Of a DNA stretch of 64,000 nucleotides, positions 62,214 to 64,000 are shown one piece after another. This DNA comes from Nitrospirota bacterium (GTDB lineage Bacteria; Nitrospirota; UBA9217): the NCBI GenBank assembly GCA_963749655.1, contig CAVVOB010000012.1:32001-96000 (forward strand), given 5' to 3'. The first letter of the stretch is position 1, and every line of letters begins with the position of its first letter. The notes beneath the pieces were generated by a model. It did no database searches. It was not told the DNA's origin and worked only from the letters and a program-made list of their open reading frames with translations. Both the position numbers and the translations under genes were made by a program.

Positions 62214-63509
62214 TTGATGAAAATTGATCTTATCCAGCCGCTGCATGCCCACTACGGCGCACTCGGCAAGCGCGAGAGCCTGATCTTCAAACCGGCCCAG
62301 CTGACCATGCCCTATCTCGCGGCCCTGGTGCCTGACGACGTGCAGGTGACGGTCCTCGATGAAATGATCGCGCCGGTGGTGCCCGAGGACAGCGACGCCG
62401 ACCTCGTCGGGATCACCTTTGTCACGCCCTTCTCCCACCGGGCCTACGAACTCGCAGCCCGGTACCGGAAGCAGGGGAAGACCGTCGTGTTCGGCGGACC
62501 CCACGCCTCTCTCGTCCCCGAGGAAGCAAAGCTCCATGCCGACGCCGTCGTGGTGGGCGAGGCCGAGGACACATGGCCTCGGGTCATCGAGGACTTCAGG
62601 TCCAGGCGGCTGCAGAGCATCTACCGCTCGGGTACGTCAGATCTTTCCGCCCTTCCTTTTGCCCGGCGGAGCCTGCTGAAGCGCGCAAGTTACGTCGTTC
62701 ACGACGTAATCCAGGCGTCGCGGGGCTGCCCGTTCAGCTGCGATTTCTGCGCCCTCGGCTCCATCTACGGCCCCGGGCACCGGACGCGGCCCATCGACGA
62801 AGTCATCCGGGAGATCGAGACCTTCGACGGCGATACCTTCGTCTTCTGGGACGACAATATCGTGGGTTCGCCCGCCTATGCAAAAGCGCTCTTCCGGCGC
62901 CTGATCCCCTACAAGAAGAAGTGGCTCGGCCAGGGGTCGATCACGATCACCCGGGACCGGGAGCTTCTTCGACTTGCGGCGGAGAGCGGCTGCATCGGGC
63001 TCTTTGTGGGCATCGAGTCCGTGTCGCAGGGGAGCCTGGATTCGGTCAACAAGGGGTTCAACCGCGTCGAAACCCTGCGCGAGGAGATCGGCAAAATGCA
63101 CGATGCGGGCATTGCCGTGCTGGCAGGCATGATCTTCGGGTTCGACGACGACGACGCGGGAGTGTTCGACCGGACCATCGAGGTGGCCGAACGGGCGGCA
63201 ATCGACGGGATCAGTTTCAGCATTCTGACGCCCTATCCCGGAACGCGGCTTTTCGACCGGCTTTCGGCCGAAGGACGGTTGCTGCACCGCAACTGGTCCC
63301 TTTACAATTCCGAGCATGTCGTCTTTGTTCCCAAGCGCATGTCGCCGGAGCTGCTGGAAGAGGGCCACAACCGCGCGAACCGGGAATTCTACTCAATTTC
63401 TTCCATGGTGAAGCGCCTGCTCAGATCGCGGACGCAGCTGGGGCTCACCATAAAGCTGAACCTGGCGGACCGTAAGTATTCCTACGGGAGATTCAAGCCT
63501 GCGTCCTGA
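62214..63509 (+). CDS. B12-binding domain radical SAM protein
   Basis: GGPHAS, VGEAE, SRGCPFSCDFC, DDNI, GIES, TPYPGT. Confidence 0.92.
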   Translation: MMKIDLIQPLHAHYGALGKRESLIFKPAQLTMPYLAALVPDDVQVTVLDEMIAPVVPEDSDADLVGITFVTPFSHRAYELAARYRKQGKTVVFGGPHASLVPEEAKLHADAVVVGEAEDTWPRVIEDFRSRRLQSIYRSGTSDLSALPFARRSLLKRASYVVHDVIQASRGCPFSCDFCALGSIYGPGHRTRPIDEVIREIETFDGDTFVFWDDNIVGSPAYAKALFRRLIPYKKKWLGQGSITITRDRELLRLAAESGCIGLFVGIESVSQGSLDSVNKGFNRVETLREEIGKMHDAGIAVLAGMIFGFDDDDAGVFDRTIEVAERAAIDGISFSILTPYPGTRLFDRLSAEGRLLHRNWSLYNSEHVVFVPKRMSPELLEEGHNRANREFYSISSMVKRLLRSRTQLGLTIKLNLADRKYSYGRFKPAS

Positions 63510-63524
63510 CGCAGGGGAGCGCGT

Positions 63525-64000
63525 ATGCCCGAGACACGACATATCGCACGGAACATCCTGATCATGGTGAACGCCGTGATCGCGAGCGGCGCTTTTTTCC
63601 TGAAAATTCTCGACCCCATCGTGGTGAGATACACCGAGGAGATCCGCGCCGCCGATCTGTTCAACTTCCTCGTGTTCACGCCGATCATCATGGTCGTTCT
63701 GACCTTCCTGCTGCACCGCGCCATGCGGCCGATCGTGCGCCTCACCTCCCTTGGCGGGGAACTGAGCCCGGCACAGGCGCAGGAGCTCAGGACCGCGGCC
63801 TTCAACCTGCCGGTGAAGATTCTCTTCCTCTTCAACCTGATCATCCTCTCGGGCGTGGCCTTTGTCGCCCTGGGCTTCGATGCCGTGTTATATCCGTTCT
63901 ACCCGCTCTACAAGCGTGTCATCTCCATGGGGCTCATCTGGACTTACACCGTCTGCTCCTCCCTTGCCGTGTACGTATATGTCAAACGCCGCATGGTCCC
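63525..64000 (+). CDS. Multi-TM membrane protein, N-terminus (runs off window)
   Basis: Open frame from ATG 63525 (MPETRHIARNILIMV...) with about four hydrophobic segments; not in the ORF track. Confidence 0.6.
   Translation, partial: MPETRHIARNILIMVNAVIASGAFFLKILDPIVVRYTEEIRAADLFNFLVFTPIIMVVLTFLLHRAMRPIVRLTSLGGELSPAQAQELRTAAFNLPVKILFLFNLIILSGVAFVALGFDAVLYPFYPLYKRVISMGLIWTYTVCSSLAVYVYVKRRMV

Noticed and set aside
62214-63509. B12 radical SAM as part of the RiPP system
   Set aside because: It is about 57 kb away, with no precursor or RRE nearby, and belongs to a widespread generic family.

Overview
GC-rich bacterial chromosome window. The gene style suggests an anaerobic Nitrospirota/Desulfobacterota-like organism (inference). 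It is mostly housekeeping and central metabolism: dapF, cysM, purH, transaldolase, GTP-PEPCK, FBP aldolase/phosphatase, PolX, a liv-type ABC transporter, sdhCAB, fumC, malic enzyme and glutamate dehydrogenase, plus many signalling proteins. The standout locus is a minus-strand operon at about 1.2-7.2 kb: TonB-dependent receptor, then a 62-aa peptide with a histone-H1-like (KKKxx)7 leader and a CCPW core, a terminator hairpin, an RRE/radical SAM/SPASM maturase, an orphan ABC substrate-binding protein and an orphan HAMP histidine kinase. It looks like a RiPP production-and-sensing system with an unusual polycationic precursor. Other notable items are a YkuD-MurC fusion, a tandem kinase/pseudokinase between pckG and fbp, a GEMM-I (c-di-GMP-I) riboswitch, a palindromic element inserted twice in frame in one gene, and dispersed 7-nt and 9-nt periodic repeats. 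Many genes (about 8.8-12.4 kb, 32-34 kb and 39.8-54.6 kb) carry indel frameshifts that are most likely assembly errors. No rRNA, tRNA, CRISPR array or transposase was recognised.
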